Positions 48,083-61,915 of a DNA stretch of 64,000 nucleotides are shown one piece after another. Position 1 is the first letter of the stretch, and every line of letters starts with the position of its first letter. This DNA is from Balanoglossus misakiensis (lineage: Eukaryota; Animalia; Hemichordata). Below the pieces are notes generated by a model. It was not told where the DNA came from. It saw only the letters and a program-made list of their open reading frames with translations, and ran no database searches. Location: contig CM082597.2 in the NCBI GenBank assembly GCA_040954595.2, positions 3,805,924 through 3,869,923 on the forward strand. The letters are read 5' to 3'. A program made the position numbers and the translations under genes.

Positions 48083-48423
48083 TTTCGCGATAATCGACTG
48101 TTTGCGTGTACAGTAAAAAGGAATTCAAAAAGACGCACAATAAAATGTCGTTTTTGATTTGGAGAAAGGAAGAGAAATCACGTGACCTTTCCATACGTAC
48201 ATGCATGCATACATACAGACAGACAGACAAACTGAGGCATTCATTTCTTCACATTTGGCTGGCAATATTTCAACAAAATTCCCCCAGCCCTCATCCGGAG
48301 TATCGAATGGTCTACCCCTAAGTAATGTTCACAAATTTGCATAGTGTCACCCCAGTCACCCATCAACGACTGCAGAGGAGACTCGACCTCCATAACTTGC
48401 GTATAGGGACACACTGTTCCAAA

Positions 48424-49138
48424 ATGGCTGCATCCGAGATATCAGCTGGAATGGACGATTTCAGCTCCAGGTTTATGAAATTGTATGAATCTGGCGACTT
48501 CAAGGCCCTCGAAAAATTATTCACCGAGGATTGCAAATATCTAATCCCGGGAAAACCCATGCAGACCGGACGGAAAGGTGGGTGTGGCAGATTGTCCCTC
48601 TTATAGCAGAACACGCATACTGTTCTTATAACTACAGTTAGATTAAGGCCCGTATAGTTGCATAGCTGCTAGAATTTTGCATCATTTTCATGATTTTACT
48701 TTCTAACTTAGAATGACCTAATTAAGAGACGAGATGTTAGGGTGCACTTTGGTACACTTTGGAATTTGTTTTCTTGAATGTCGCACGGGCATGCATGCAG
48801 TGTTAATTCATGGAAAACTCTCTCTCTCTTCTCTCTCTCTCTCTCTCTCTCCCCATCTCTCTCTCTATCTCCCATTTTTGTAACTGTATATAGCTATCAT
48901 GGAACACTTAGAGTCACTGCGAGCCGCTGGAATCACCAAGCAGATTGTAAAAACCGTGGAGGTGGGTGGAGCCGGGGACTTTGCGTATGGATGCGGGGAA
49001 TACACCTTACGTAAAGATGATGGCACGGTCGTCGACACCGGCAAATACCTCGCCGTCTTCAAGAAAGTCGACGGCGCTTACTGTATGCACGTTGACTGCT
49101 TCAACAGCAACGCTGAAGAACCTAAGCCTTGGGCTTGA
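48424..49138 (+). CDS. DUF4440/SnoaL-like protein, copy 4
   Basis: Exons 48424-48577 and 48894-49138; contains GKYLAVFKKVDGAYCMHVDCFNSN. Confidence 0.85.
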
Positions 49139-49697
49139 CCACCCGTCAGGAAGATTACCACTGGGATATTATCAGATTACATGGTGCTTATTTTGATGCC
49201 TGGCCGTTATACATTGACTTGGAAGAATAGGTCCAATGACTAGGGCTTATAATTGTAAAGCGCCTTGAGCTCAAGTGTAGATATTTGCGCCATATAAGAA
49301 CTACTATAATTATTAGAATGGTAATCGGTCGAGGAATAGACCATTGTTTTTGCATGTTTTATAAAAAAAGAAATGCTCACAGTCAATTCGTGTTTTGTGG
49401 TGGGGAGAAAGGAAAAAGAAACCACGTTACAACAAAAGCCATGAGTGTCACAAAGCATGTTAATATTTACCTTCCTAGAATATGAGGCAAAGAATAAATG
49501 TTCTTTCTTCCACAAATATTGTTTTCCTGTCTTACTTTAACCCTTTCACCCCCAGTTCCCACTATAGAGGTCAAACGACTGGGTCATATACCAACAGCTT
49601 GACAGCTACACTCAGACAAGTGGGTCGTCGAAAGTTCATTTGAGGGGCAGGGGTGTATAATGATACACTATATACCCGCGACGCTTACTGAATCAAA

Positions 49698-50647
49698 ATG
49701 ACCAACGCCGAAATTGCAGCCGTACTGAATGATTTCAGGGGCAGGTTCTTGACTTTGTTTGAGGCAGGGGAAACCAGGGCTCTTTCCTTGCTGTACACCG
49801 AAGATTGCAAGATTCTTTATCCCGGGAAAGAAACACCGCATGGACGACAAGGTAGGTGTGGCTATGCTCCGTTCCAGACAACAAACAATTCTTTGGGTGT
49901 CACGTTTCTAGGACATGGGTAACACAATACATGTAGTCTACAGTCCGAATTTTCGCGTGTCTGCATGAGGTCATACACCCAAACATGTATACATTATCAA
50001 ACAGTCAGGATTGATAGATGCATTTAACTTTGAAACTATGTTGCATTTTATCGGATTCATGGTCCGGGCAACCGAGTGCCAAAATGGTGGCAAAACTACC
50101 TTCCTCTTAACTATAGTAAGCCTTACATTACTACGCACTAGACTTCAATGGTGCATTTGTAAGGGAGATCTCAATGATTGTCAAGGGGTGGGTCGGAGCA
50201 GCCTGGGTTGTTCAAGTCACGAATAGTTTTCCTCTTTGTTATCAAGAAGACCCCTCACACGTACACTTCAATAAAGCAAAGACCTTAAAGGCGTGGTGGA
50301 CTAGTCTATTATTTTAAGGGGAAACTACCTTACAACACCTGGATTTGAAGACTCGTTTCTGCGCTTGAAAAATTCTTGCATCGGTAAGTGACCCCCTCCC
50401 TATCTCTCTGCTTCCAGCTGTCATGAAAGCCTTTGACGCGATGAGGGCATCCGGAGTCACAAACATAACCATCAAAGTTATCGAGACAGCAGGAGCGGGA
50501 GATGTGGCCTATGAGGTCTACGAAAACGTCTACTACAAAGACGATGGCACGTCTTTCTTCAAGAAGATGCTGTGTGTCTACAAGAAGGTCCACGGTGCAT
50601 ATTACGTGCACCTTGTCTGTCACAACACCAACGAAGCTGAGACTTAG
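49698..50647 (+). CDS. DUF4440/SnoaL-like protein, copy 5
   Basis: Exons 49698-49851 and 50418-50647. Confidence 0.85.
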
Positions 50648-51503
50648 AGTGACCTGCGCAGTCGACAGCTCATATGAGCTGCCGTCGCTGAGAAAGCTTT
50701 AAATGATTATTCAAGGTAGATGTCACAATCGCCGAGTAGAATATACAACTAATGGTTTAATTGTTAATGTCTCGTTTTCGATACAAACCCGTGTACGGAA
50801 ACATGTGATATATATGTGAACTGAGTACAGGCATACACACACACTACTGTACTACCATATCCGCACGATAAATGTTTTCTACTTTCTTGGAATAAAATTT
50901 TAGGCACCTACAACTCTCGTGTGTGCGCATGCTTTGTGTCTGCATGTACATGGTATGAGCATAGAGCTACCACAAGAACAGTCTCCATGGTTTGAATTGA
51001 GCTGTACGAATCGGTCATCAGGCATGGTGTAAACAGCAAGCGAAATAATCCAAACTATTGAGCGACTTTGCCCATTTAATTGAGTAGTGTCCCAGCGCTG
51101 AGTGCTGTCGGTAGAATCGGCATTCACGAGAATTACTGAACAATCACAGCGATTTCAACGCCCACTGTTCAGTCGTGGGGTAATCCCCAAATGTAGCTTG
51201 TACTCCCACTAGAAGCCTGGTCAAATCTTCTCAGTAAAATAGTCAATACATCCTTGTTCCGGAAGTGGCGGATATGCACTACATAAGCCAGTGGGTCCAC
51301 CAGGATCCATTTCCGGATATGAAGGATATGGGGATACCCCTATTACGTGTACATTTGTGTACACGTCACAGTATCCTGGTAGAAGAGACGGATATGCGGG
51401 TCACTGGCAGTATATTTAAGGCACATACCGGCAGGCGTCCACGTTCATATCCTCGCATACTTCCAAGTATCAACCCGACAGGAGTCAGCGCACAACAGTT
51501 AAC

Positions 51504-52179
51504 ATGGCCGCCACAACCGACGTTGCATCTGTCCTCGCCGACTTCAGAACCAAGTTCATGACGTTGTTCGAGACCGGCGAACTGAAGGCGCTCTCCGAGC
51601 TCTACGCCGAAGATTGCCGAATTATGGTTCCGGGGAAAGAAATGCAGCAAGGGAGAGCAGGTAGGCGACGTTGCTTACAAGTGTGCATGACTTGCCTGGG
51701 AAAGTATTTCTCTTCGTGTAAAACGAGATCCACTTTACTTGCACACAATAATCGGTTAGAAATACGGCTGAACCCCGCCCCCTAGCTCTGCGTACAGGTC
51801 TGTGAGTTCCCGGCGCGGTGGAGGCCGTGTAACGCCGGGAACACACAGACCTGTACACAGGGCTAGCCGCCCCACCCCGTATCATGCGTGTTTAAAGGGA
51901 ATTCTTGAGTGCAAGTTTCACACCAACAGCCTAACTCTCCACTTGTATTTCTCAGTTGCTATGAAAGCCAAGGAGATGATGAAGGCAGCAGGCATCACAA
52001 AGATTGTCCTCAAACCAGTGGAGACGGTGGGATCTGGAGACCTAGCGTACGAGTGCTACGAGAACTCTTACCTCAAAGAAGACGGCACTGTGGCCGACAA
52101 GAAGAAGATGCTCGTAGTCTTGAAGAAAGTCGGTGGAACTTACTTCATACAAGCTGTCTGTTACAATGGCTACGAGTGA
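51504..52179 (+). CDS. DUF4440/SnoaL-like protein, copy 6
   Basis: Exons 51504-51660 and 51956-52179. Confidence 0.85.
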
Positions 52180-52857
52180 GACGTTAAGCCTACTAGTGCC
52201 ACTGGCAGACATTGTATTGAACTTGAGGACTATATTTTATTTTAGATATTAACGTTTTCATCGCTTTTCTAAACGTGTACATAATTCTCATTTTCTAGTT
52301 TGTATATTTATACGCAATTATTTTACATTTTTAAAATAAATACTGACCAAATGTCTTCACTGAAATGTCTGAAATATCTTAGCATTGTTTATTTTCATTT
52401 TTCTGTCTGTCTGTCTGTCTGCCCGTCTGTCTGCCTATAGGGATATAGGCCTATACACGTATACTTATGTAATGATGAAACCGGTAACTAAACTTGGCAC
52501 ATTTGTATATAAAGTACGGTGTAGTCAAATTAGCAAGATTTGCATATGCGTGGTCATTTTCTCATATAAAGGTGATGAAATTGTTGATTATTTCCTTTGG
52601 CCCTTACAATCATTTTCATTCAAAAGTGAGAAGACATTTTTAATTGGCAAAATTGTTTAGACTAGCTTTCTACATCTCTTAGTTTGGTTCAAAATTTTCA
52701 AATCACAAATCGAGCATCACCTTCTGTAAGAAAACTGCACTAAATTTAGCACCGCCATTTTTTGTTATCGCGTGTGAGTGCAGTTCACGCTGGCTAGTGA
52801 AAGGGCAAAGGGTATCCAGCACAGCGCCCTGAAAAACTGCAACAGGGAGCCCAGACA

Positions 52858-53734
52858 ATGGCCGCCTCCGAAGTCTCAGCCGCACTCGACGAGGTTAGAG
52901 CTAAGTATGAGAAGTTCTTCGCTGCGGGCGACATGACAGCTGTCTCGGAGCTCTACACCGAGGACTGCCGGTTTCTGGCCCCGGGAATGGCGATGAAGCA
53001 AGGGCGAAAAGGTAGGCGTGGAGTGCAAATTATCAGTGCCCTGCTAGAGTACCAGAAATAGGACTCGCACGTTTATAAGTCAATTTACCCTCAAGTTTTT
53101 AAATCAGGCAACCACAGCTTGGGCTACACTGTCAGTTTAAACTTTTTTTTGTATATATTCGACCAGTGGAAATGTGAATTACAGTCGACTTTAGGCCACG
53201 GTGTATATTGTCTTCGGCAAATAAGGTCATGATGAGGTCATAAGGGTAGATCATTTGGTATCAGTGGGGGGGGGGGGGTAGAGGGAAAGAATCACAATGG
53301 TTAATAAAAAGGACAGGAAATGAAAAAAAGACATCAGAAAAACAAATAATCTGTGAATTATTTGTTAAACTTCACTAGAGAGTTTTAAAATAATGACGAT
53401 CGACAGTTCGGTAACTAGATAGCGGGGTAATATCTGATTGGATTAGCACTTGAATGACATTGTACGCTTTTATCGAAAATAAATAATTCTCCTGTTCATG
53501 ATTTTAGCTGTTGCCGAAGCCCTGGCGTTGATGAAGACTTCGGAAGATGTCAAGGTGATCCTCAAACCAGTTGAGATAGACTGTGCCGGGGATCTGGTGT
53601 ACGAAGTTGGTGAATACTCCGTCGTCAAAGGAGATGGCACAGTGGTTGAGGCGGGCAAGGCTCTCGTGGTCTTCAAAAAAATCGGCGGCGCCTTTTTCGT
53701 GCACGTTGACTGTTTCAACAGTGACGGGAAATAA
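52858..53734 (+). CDS. DUF4440/SnoaL-like protein, copy 7
   Basis: Exons 52858-53011 and 53508-53734. Confidence 0.85.
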
Positions 53735-54412
53735 GCTCTCTGAGTCGTGACGTCACCGATTGGCTGTCGGCAGTGGCCCTATAGTATACGTACTTCCAGT
53801 TCCACAGACCAGTCCACGCGAAAAATTATCGTAGAACAAATATAAACTGTTATTTGCACTATAGTATATAAAATCTTGCATCACTATGCGGATCCTGATG
53901 GAGATCACATCCGACCAATCAGGCACTTCCTTCACTTTGCCCAATCACATTTCAATTCACCCTCTCAAATGTAGCAATTGATGCCTGTTATTACGTTCGC
54001 CTAGTGTTGATTTGCAACTTTTGGAGTTTTTCCTTCCAGTTGGATTCCAGCGGTTGAGTTATCAACATAAATAAATAACAAAAATACTTTAAAACAAGAG
54101 ACAATTACAGAGGAACGTTGTTCTTAATGTACTCTCTTAACAGAATTTTAAAGTTATTCGCATTGTTAGTCTTTTTTACACTTGGTGTATGCAATAAAAG
54201 ATACTGCTTGCTCAATCATGTATGCAGTGACATGTTTCATTGACATGGTTTGGTTACTATGGCGAAAGGACGTGAAGCACTCGAACACCAATCGGATTAC
54301 GAGTAGCCGGTAACACATTAAAGAATGTCAGAAATACTCTAGTAAAAAAATGATTGACTGATAGGTATGGCGGACGTGTTTGACATGCGGACCCCTCCGT
54401 TCTGGCCCCGAG

Positions 54413-54429
54413 GGGTCACCGACAGTTCA
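54413..54429 (+). promoter_or_regulatory. DR5 nuclear-receptor element GGGTCA-ccgac-AGTTCA upstream of copy 8
   Basis: Perfect RGKTCA-N5-RGKTCA ending 77 bp before the ATG, upstream of a TATTAAA box. Confidence 0.5.
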
Positions 54430-54505
54430 CCTGAGAACTCGACGGTATCACCCGTATTAAAGTCCAAATATTCTGCTTGAAGAGAGCGACGTGAACGCAG
54501 CGAAA

Positions 54506-56233
54506 ATGTCAAGCTCCGATGTTGCCGCAAAACTGGACGATTTCAGAGCCAGGTTTATGAAGTTGTTCGAGACGGGGGAGCTGAAGGCACTGTCGCTGCT
54601 CTATGCCGAAGACTGCATCATTATGACGCCAGGAGTGCCCATGCAAACTGGCAGAGACGGTAGGTTGAGCTAAGCGAATTTCTGAACGGTGGAGAACTAA
54701 CAAATAACGGGGTTAGGGCGGGAGTTTCGCGCTGGTCCGTTGGAGCTTGTCCGCCCCACGTTGTATCCCCATCCAGTCACCACTGACCACGATTGGACAG
54801 AGTTCTGCATTCCAACTGTGTCAATACCCAACAATAGTTACAGCATACACGGAACTCGTGTCAATCAACACCACCTGGGAATGTTATCCACCTGGAGCGG
54901 TTTTTTTCAACAATGCTGTTTTGCATATGATGTGATCGCCAAGTACAAAGGAACGAAAAAACTATTATATAACATCTGGTCGATTGCCAACTCACCTCGT
55001 TTTCTACTTCATATTCGTCATTTCAATCGAGGCGGTGGCACTCCTAAAGAAAATTGGCGCTCCACAAAATTTCCATATACACGACTTTCCTCAACTTTTC
55101 ATATAATGACATCCTATATTTGAAAAATATGGAAGAACATATGACCAGAAAACGACCATTAGGACATTTCGAAGGGGAAATAATATCACAATGTAGTATC
55201 AATTTCAATTTTGTATATACTCCACAAGTCGAACCACTGATTTGAACGAGACTCCTCTTTTTGGAATATGCGATGATTATTCTAATCCTATAACAGGCAA
55301 ATATATATATATATTTGGGGGGGGGGAGTGCCCCCTTTGCTTGCTTTCACGACTGAAACGTAGCGAGGAACGGACAACATCCTCGCTCCTTGGGGTTGGC
55401 AACCCGCACGGACAACGGATTTCCCCGAGAGAGTCCCCCAAACGGGATCTCAACACAATCCCCACCACATTGCATGTTTTATATTTACTTACATCACCGA
55501 GATCCGCCTTGCGAACCAGGATGTACGCGCGGTTTGCAGGGGAAAAAACAGGCAACCACACGTACGCACACGCGTGTGTGGCTGCGTTCCAGGGGTCAGA
55601 TCCGGGTACTATGAGGTCACTGAGGCCAGAATATCCGGGGTCACTGAGGCCAGAAGATCCGGGTACACCATCGAGGGCACCACTGATTGACTGTGTACCA
55701 CTTTGACCTATTTATGTTCCCACTATAAAGTGCAACTGTCTGACAAAAAAAAAAAACGATAAAGGCCTTGGATATACCGCCAATAACGCCATCTTGTTTC
55801 CTTCAAATTAATCTGAAATGTCTCGTCAACAGCAATCTTCTAGGAGAGAGTCTATTCTTAGTTTTAAGGCTCCATTAGCTGTAACTTTTCACTGTGATTT
55901 CAGTACTTTTGTTATGTGTATCTACTGCAGGTTCTTAATCAAAAGCTGATGGAGCTTTAATAACTGAAACTCTCTCTTGTTTTGCTTATTCTAGTCATCC
56001 TGAAGACCATGGAAAAGATGAAGGCTGCTGGGATCGCGAAGGTCATCATAACCGGGGTGGAGATCGGAGGTGGCGGCGACGTGGCCTACGAGTGCTGCGA
56101 GAACTCTTACCAGAAAGAGGACGGCACGGTGGTGGACGTGAAGAAGATGCTGGCGGTCTTCAAGAAGGTCGACGGCGCCTACTACATCCACGCCGTCTGC
56201 CTCAACAGTAACGAGCCGGGAGCCAAGCCCTAA
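54506..56233 (+). CDS. DUF4440/SnoaL-like protein, copy 8
   Basis: Exons 54506-54659 and 55995-56233. Confidence 0.83.
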
Positions 56234-57018
56234 AGCACTAGCCACTTTGGTACCGATAGCGTCACACGTTGTTCATTGCCGAGAATTGCTGCTAGAATAT
56301 GCTTCACCTGAATTTTTACGTAGACTTGGCATACACAATTTTGTACTAGGCGAACTTGTGATTTACTAATATAGAACTTCACTAAGCAATATCGACCAAA
56401 TCATATATGATTGTCAAACTTTATTTTATACATGTTATACGACTATCGGATATTTTGTTTGATAAATAAAGTATTCACAGCAGGAACAGATGTCTATTGA
56501 GTTTGGCTTAATATAATAAACCAGACAGGCAGACCTGGCAATTTACAGCTTGAATTGTCTGTTAGCTTGGGAAATTTGTATTGGGTACACAGAAAAATTT
56601 TCATCACAGGTTTGTGCAAATCATGACAAATTAAAATACACAGTGTGACAAAACACACGGTAAATGCAGGTCGGTAATATTCAATACAGCGTGGACGTGC
56701 CCTCTGACCACCGAACATTATATATCGTTCAGTAATTCCACGAAAAGCTGGGTTCTTAAAGAAAATACTGGTCGACACGCACGTATAGTAAACACTGTCC
56801 TCGAGGGGCAGCGGCAGAACCACCAGGATACATTCGCGGATATGAATGCCTGAATAGCGAATAATGAATTGAGTGTACATATATAACCTTACGATATCCT
56901 AGAAGGGGACACGGATCCCCGGGTTAGTGGGGTCACCGCAAGGGTATTTAAGGACACACGCAGCCGTCAACACCCTCACAGTGTACCGACAGAGGAGATA
57001 GACCACAGCACAGTCAAC

Positions 57019-58007
57019 ATGACCAGCACCGATATCACAGCAGTAATGGACGAGTTCAGAAGCAAGTTCACCAAGCTGTACGAGACGGGCGAGCTGAAGG
57101 CCCTCTCCGAGCTCTATACCGAAGATTGCCGAATCGCCGCTCCGGGGAAGGAAATGAGGCAAGGCCGAGGTGGTACGTGTGACCTCTTATACCCTTTGTG
57201 GACTACATGTAAAGAGAAACTAACCTTTTTGGTTGTGTAGCTCGAGTGAAGACTATAGCAAATCGGTTCCTTCACAATTTAGATTCCTTTGTCAGTTACT
57301 TGTCTTTATCTCACGGCAATCACCGATATATTTAATTGCTGATTGCCAGTTGAGTACCTACTTGTCCTCGTATTTGCCCTAATAGGTGTTAACACCCAAA
57401 CAAATCAGCTAATCTGTTCACATTATCAAAGTAATCCGCTGATAGTCTCTGCAAATCAGTAAATTAGCGGATGATCATGAAGTAGCTAGATCACTTTAGT
57501 ATTGACACAGATCAAGATTGGAGTTCACACGGAACACTAATACATTCTGACAACATTTAGCAGTAAAATGGTCGGCGTTCTGACAAAGTAGTTCCAATCG
57601 TGATCTAATCGAGATGAAAATCGTTTTCAAAATTTTTCAAAATAAGGGGTTGGGTCTATACACGCGCATAGGATTATACGGTACGATAGTAGTAGTGTTT
57701 CGAATTAACTACTCATGAGAAGACCGTGTTTACTCTTCCAAAAATTGTTGCTGATCATTGTCAATTCTGCTAATTATAACTTACAGTGGTCGTGAAAGCT
57801 ATGGAGGCGATGAAGTCACAAGGAATTGTCAAGATAGTCATCAACCCAGTAGAGGTGGCTGCAGCCGGCGACCAGGCGTATGAGTTCAGCGAGAACTCCT
57901 ACCTCAATGCAGAAGGCACAGCCGTCGACGTCAAGAACATGCTTGTGGTCTTCAAGAAGATTGAGGGCGCTTATTTCATCAAAAATGTCTGTTTCAACAG
58001 CAAGTAG
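57019..58007 (+). CDS. DUF4440/SnoaL-like protein, copy 9
   Basis: Exons 57019-57172 and 57787-58007. Confidence 0.85.
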
Positions 58008-59927
58008 ATGTGTCCAACAGTGCATGCGCAGTACTGTCACTATGAAATGCTTCAAATGAAATAAAATGGTTCTGCCCTTAAAACATGACGCCACACGACG
58101 AAATACAAACACCGCGGTCAAAAGTCAGGGTATTTTTGTATTTGCTGAACAGTTCTTGTTTTTGCTATGGAAGAATTCTGTATATATATAGATCGTATAC
58201 GATATTTTTAATTCGTTGCAATTTGAACACGTTTAAAACATGCAAGTTTGCCACGTGTGATCCCAAATGGAAATTAAACTTAAGCGAAGACATATTAAAG
58301 ACTTTTATCGACCTTAAGTGGGTCGTCGATCATAAAATTTGACAAACCCTTTTTGACAAAAATGTTATATTATTAAAAAGCAGCAGATATTTAAACGTGT
58401 TAGTTTGAAATAAAGTTACTGCAAATAATTTCTGTGGTACTGTTTTGATGTGCTGGCTTGTGACGAAATGATGTCTGTCTGCCGGTCTGTCTATCTGTCT
58501 GTCTGGCCGGCCGTCTATGTGTAGGAATGTGTCATCGATATCTCAAGAACGGCTGATCAAATTTCAAAGAAATTTAGTGGATACGTATTACGTATTAGCG
58601 TCAGAAGATAACAGGTACCCAGGTGAGAGCGAGTCAGGGTATTTATCAGTGATGTGTGGGGCGCTGTTGTCTTCCAGTGCAAATCCATAATATTTCTGAT
58701 GATATACACTCCTGAAATCTCGATAGTTTCAAACTCTGCAAAGTCAACACCGACTATTGTCCAGGCACCACTATTTCAGTCATGTGATCACAACACTATA
58801 ATTATACATTCCATTATTATTTGGCCAAGTTCAGAACTTGACATACAGCTCAGACCACTTTACAGACCCCAGCAGGGAAATCATTCCTAACGGTCAATTA
58901 CAGGTACTGATCAGACCCTTTAACAAACACGCCCTCAAATCTGCTTACGTGTGCGTTTTTCCTAACTGTATTAAGAGGACATGGCTTCACTTTGACGTAT
59001 CCGCATACCAACTCTTCTAAAACAACTGTGTGCCCTTTGATACCCTTGACATACTTACACTGTTTGTGACCGTGTTACCTTTGTGTCCGCCTCCCCGTCC
59101 AGGATACTGTCAGAATGTTTTATTGACAAATCATATTCTGCCAATAGCACGGTGAGCTGGGAAAACTGACAACCCAGATAATCCGGAGACTTGTGTGTAT
59201 GTCCCTCGCTTCATCGCTACACTTACCTAACTCCCTCCCCCTCCCCCCTTCACTCACTCACTCACTCACTCACTTACTCACTCACTCACTCACTCACTCA
59301 CTAACACAGGTAGCAATTTTCATGTTTTTGTTTAAACGACGGAATAACTACGCTTCCAGATTTTGTTCTAAATAAAACAGCTAACACTCGATTTACAAAC
59401 AAATAAACCGAACACAATTATTCACAAATAATTCCAACCACGTTGCATGAAACAGCAAAGGTCAAGTTCACCTACTCGTACATGTGAACACAGTCAGTAT
59501 GTCTTTGATGTGAATCAACGCCAAAAAATTAAAGATCAGCGTTATAAGAAGATGCCCGGTGAACGCTGGTCGACTGGCTGCAAGAGGTAACGCTTCATAC
59601 AGGGTGAACCCGACCAGTGACCGCCAAGCAACGGTATCAGCACTTAGAAAAATAGGTTTCTGTGACAAACCTTCTAAGAAATAGGTCGACACTCGCAGAG
59701 AGCGAACAGGTTGCCTTCAGGTCATTGGAGATCCCGGATTCGTTTGCGGATACAAAAATGATTGACACTTTCAGGAACAATGAATGGGTTAGTTTATGTT
59801 CTAGAATTATCCAAGTTTGAGAGGCGGTCCGTCACGTCCTCAGGTCATCGCAAAAGTATTTAAGGACTCGCTGCCGCCAGGATTCTCACAGTGTATTCCG
59901 ACAGAAGAGAACACATCACAGATCAAC

Positions 59928-61044
59928 ATGGCCAGCGGCGATATTGCAGCAACGATCGGCGACTTGAGAGCCAAGTTCACCAAGTATTTCGAGACAGGTG
60001 ACATGAAGGCACTCTCCGAGCTCTACACCGAAGATTGCCGTCTTCTGACGCCGGGGAAACCATACAGACAAGGGCGGGCAGGTGTGTATTACCACTTTTA
60101 CTTCAATCTGGAGCTCGCTTTTAGAACTTATTCTCTCTCTGACATTGTACAATAATGTCTTGCTTTCGCACAGAGTATATACTCACGCGACGTTCTGTAC
60201 CAAAACGTTACAAAACCATTTGCAAGGCAAAGACATATACGGCAAAGTTACAAGACTAGATTTTAGACGAGGCGGAAAGATAATGATTAATAATGCGAAG
60301 CTTAGGGAAATGCCATCTTTAAAAACGAAAGTATTGCATTTTATTTCATTTAAGTGCTGGTTTTCGGAATTTTCTTTGTGAGTGTTATTAAACTCTCTAC
60401 AAAAGTTAGGGTCATCGTGTTATTTTTGATTATGCATAAAAAAAGATCTTGATTCTTGCCAATGTTGAACAAACTGACGATTCAACAATTTTTGATGAAT
60501 ATTCCCCATGGCAAAATTATTTCATGCAGTTTATATTACACTTAAGCACACTGACCATTCGGTTTTATTCTCAAGCACTGAATTAACTAGTGTCTTTGTG
60601 CAAAAGTTCACGAAAATGACAATAGTAGAAATGTGTTCCCCAGCAACTCGCCTGTTTACGTTGGACAGTCAACATATAAGGTGTTTACACGCACCGTGGT
60701 ATGTAAGGTTTGCGGTCACACCAGTGTCCATCGGGTTGTGATTTCAGATATTAATTCACGCCTGATAAAAATATTTTTCATATTGACGACTGTCTTTTCC
60801 TCGTTTATAATTTACAGAGGTTGTGAAGGGTATGGAGGCCATGACGGCGAAAGGAATTGTGAAGATAGCCAGGAGCTCGGTCGAGGTTTCGGGATCAGGC
60901 GACCTGGCCTACGAGTGCTCCGAAAACAGTTACCTCAAGGCTGACGGCACAGTCCTGGATGTCAAGAAGACGCTGGCGGTCTTCAAGAAGGTCGGGGGCA
61001 GCTATCTTATCCACGCTGTCTGTTACAACAACAATAACCAGTAA
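59928..61044 (+). CDS. DUF4440/SnoaL-like protein, copy 10
   Basis: Exons 59928-60081 and 60818-61044. Confidence 0.85.
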
Positions 61045-61839
61045 CAGCAACTAGAAGGACGCGTCTCACCGCCCGTACCGGCAGAACATGCGCAGTACTG
61101 TCGCTGACAAACGCTTTAGTAAACACTCAGCCCTAGTTGGTCTTACCTTGCCTTCGATCGCAGTTGCATAGTTACATGTAGTTGAACTGGTCGTTGTATG
61201 TTACTTTTCAAATCTGCTGGATACATTTGATACAATTAAAATATGATGCAGAATGGAATACAAATTACTGTCTTAAAAATTAAAACATCTTTTTCTTTAA
61301 GGTTTCAAAATACTGTATATTTTGCAATGTAATGTATAATTCCAATAACAAATTTTAAAGGTCGTTATTATAAAAAAATCGCAGTGAATAGCTAAAAGTT
61401 CTTTTAACTAAATAAAATTATTTTACAGCTTTAACAATGTACATATTGGTATGTTAATTCAATATCTCCAGCCGCAGTTCTGTTATGTTGTGTTATGTAC
61501 CCAAATCCTATTCAGTGGGGGTCACAGAATTTGCTCTTACAGTTCGGATATTTAAGAGCAGTGCTCTCCCTAGTACTTTACAATGAGCAGTAGCTAATTT
61601 GCATATTATCTGCGGAGAACACCTGGAGTGGGGTCAAGCTATTTTCGAAATTTGTCACATGGTAGTCCTATCCTGCCTTTGTCCGGAGGGTCAGTGACTG
61701 TCTGGCGTGTCCTGTGAGCGACCCCCACGCCAAACCCGACCGAAGAAATTGGCCAGTCCCTAACTCAGGAAACTATAAATCAAACAGTGGAAGATACGAG
61801 TGGCCAATAGATGGTGCGGACGTGTCCACTCGCAGAGGG

Positions 61840-61856
61840 GGGTCATTCACAGTTCA
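61840..61856 (+). promoter_or_regulatory. DR5 nuclear-receptor element GGGTCA-ttcac-AGTTCA upstream of copy 11
   Basis: Perfect RGKTCA-N5-RGKTCA ending 60 bp before the ATG. Confidence 0.5.
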
Positions 61857-61915
61857 CAACTGATTGAAGCAGTCGCCTGAGTGCACTACTGAGGAGAGAC
61901 AGCGACGCAGTGAAC

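Noticed and set aside
51394-51401. GCM-binding octamer ATGCGGGT upstream of copy 6
   Set aside because: It is a single occurrence overlapping the GGGTCA half-site and is not clearly conserved in other paralogs.
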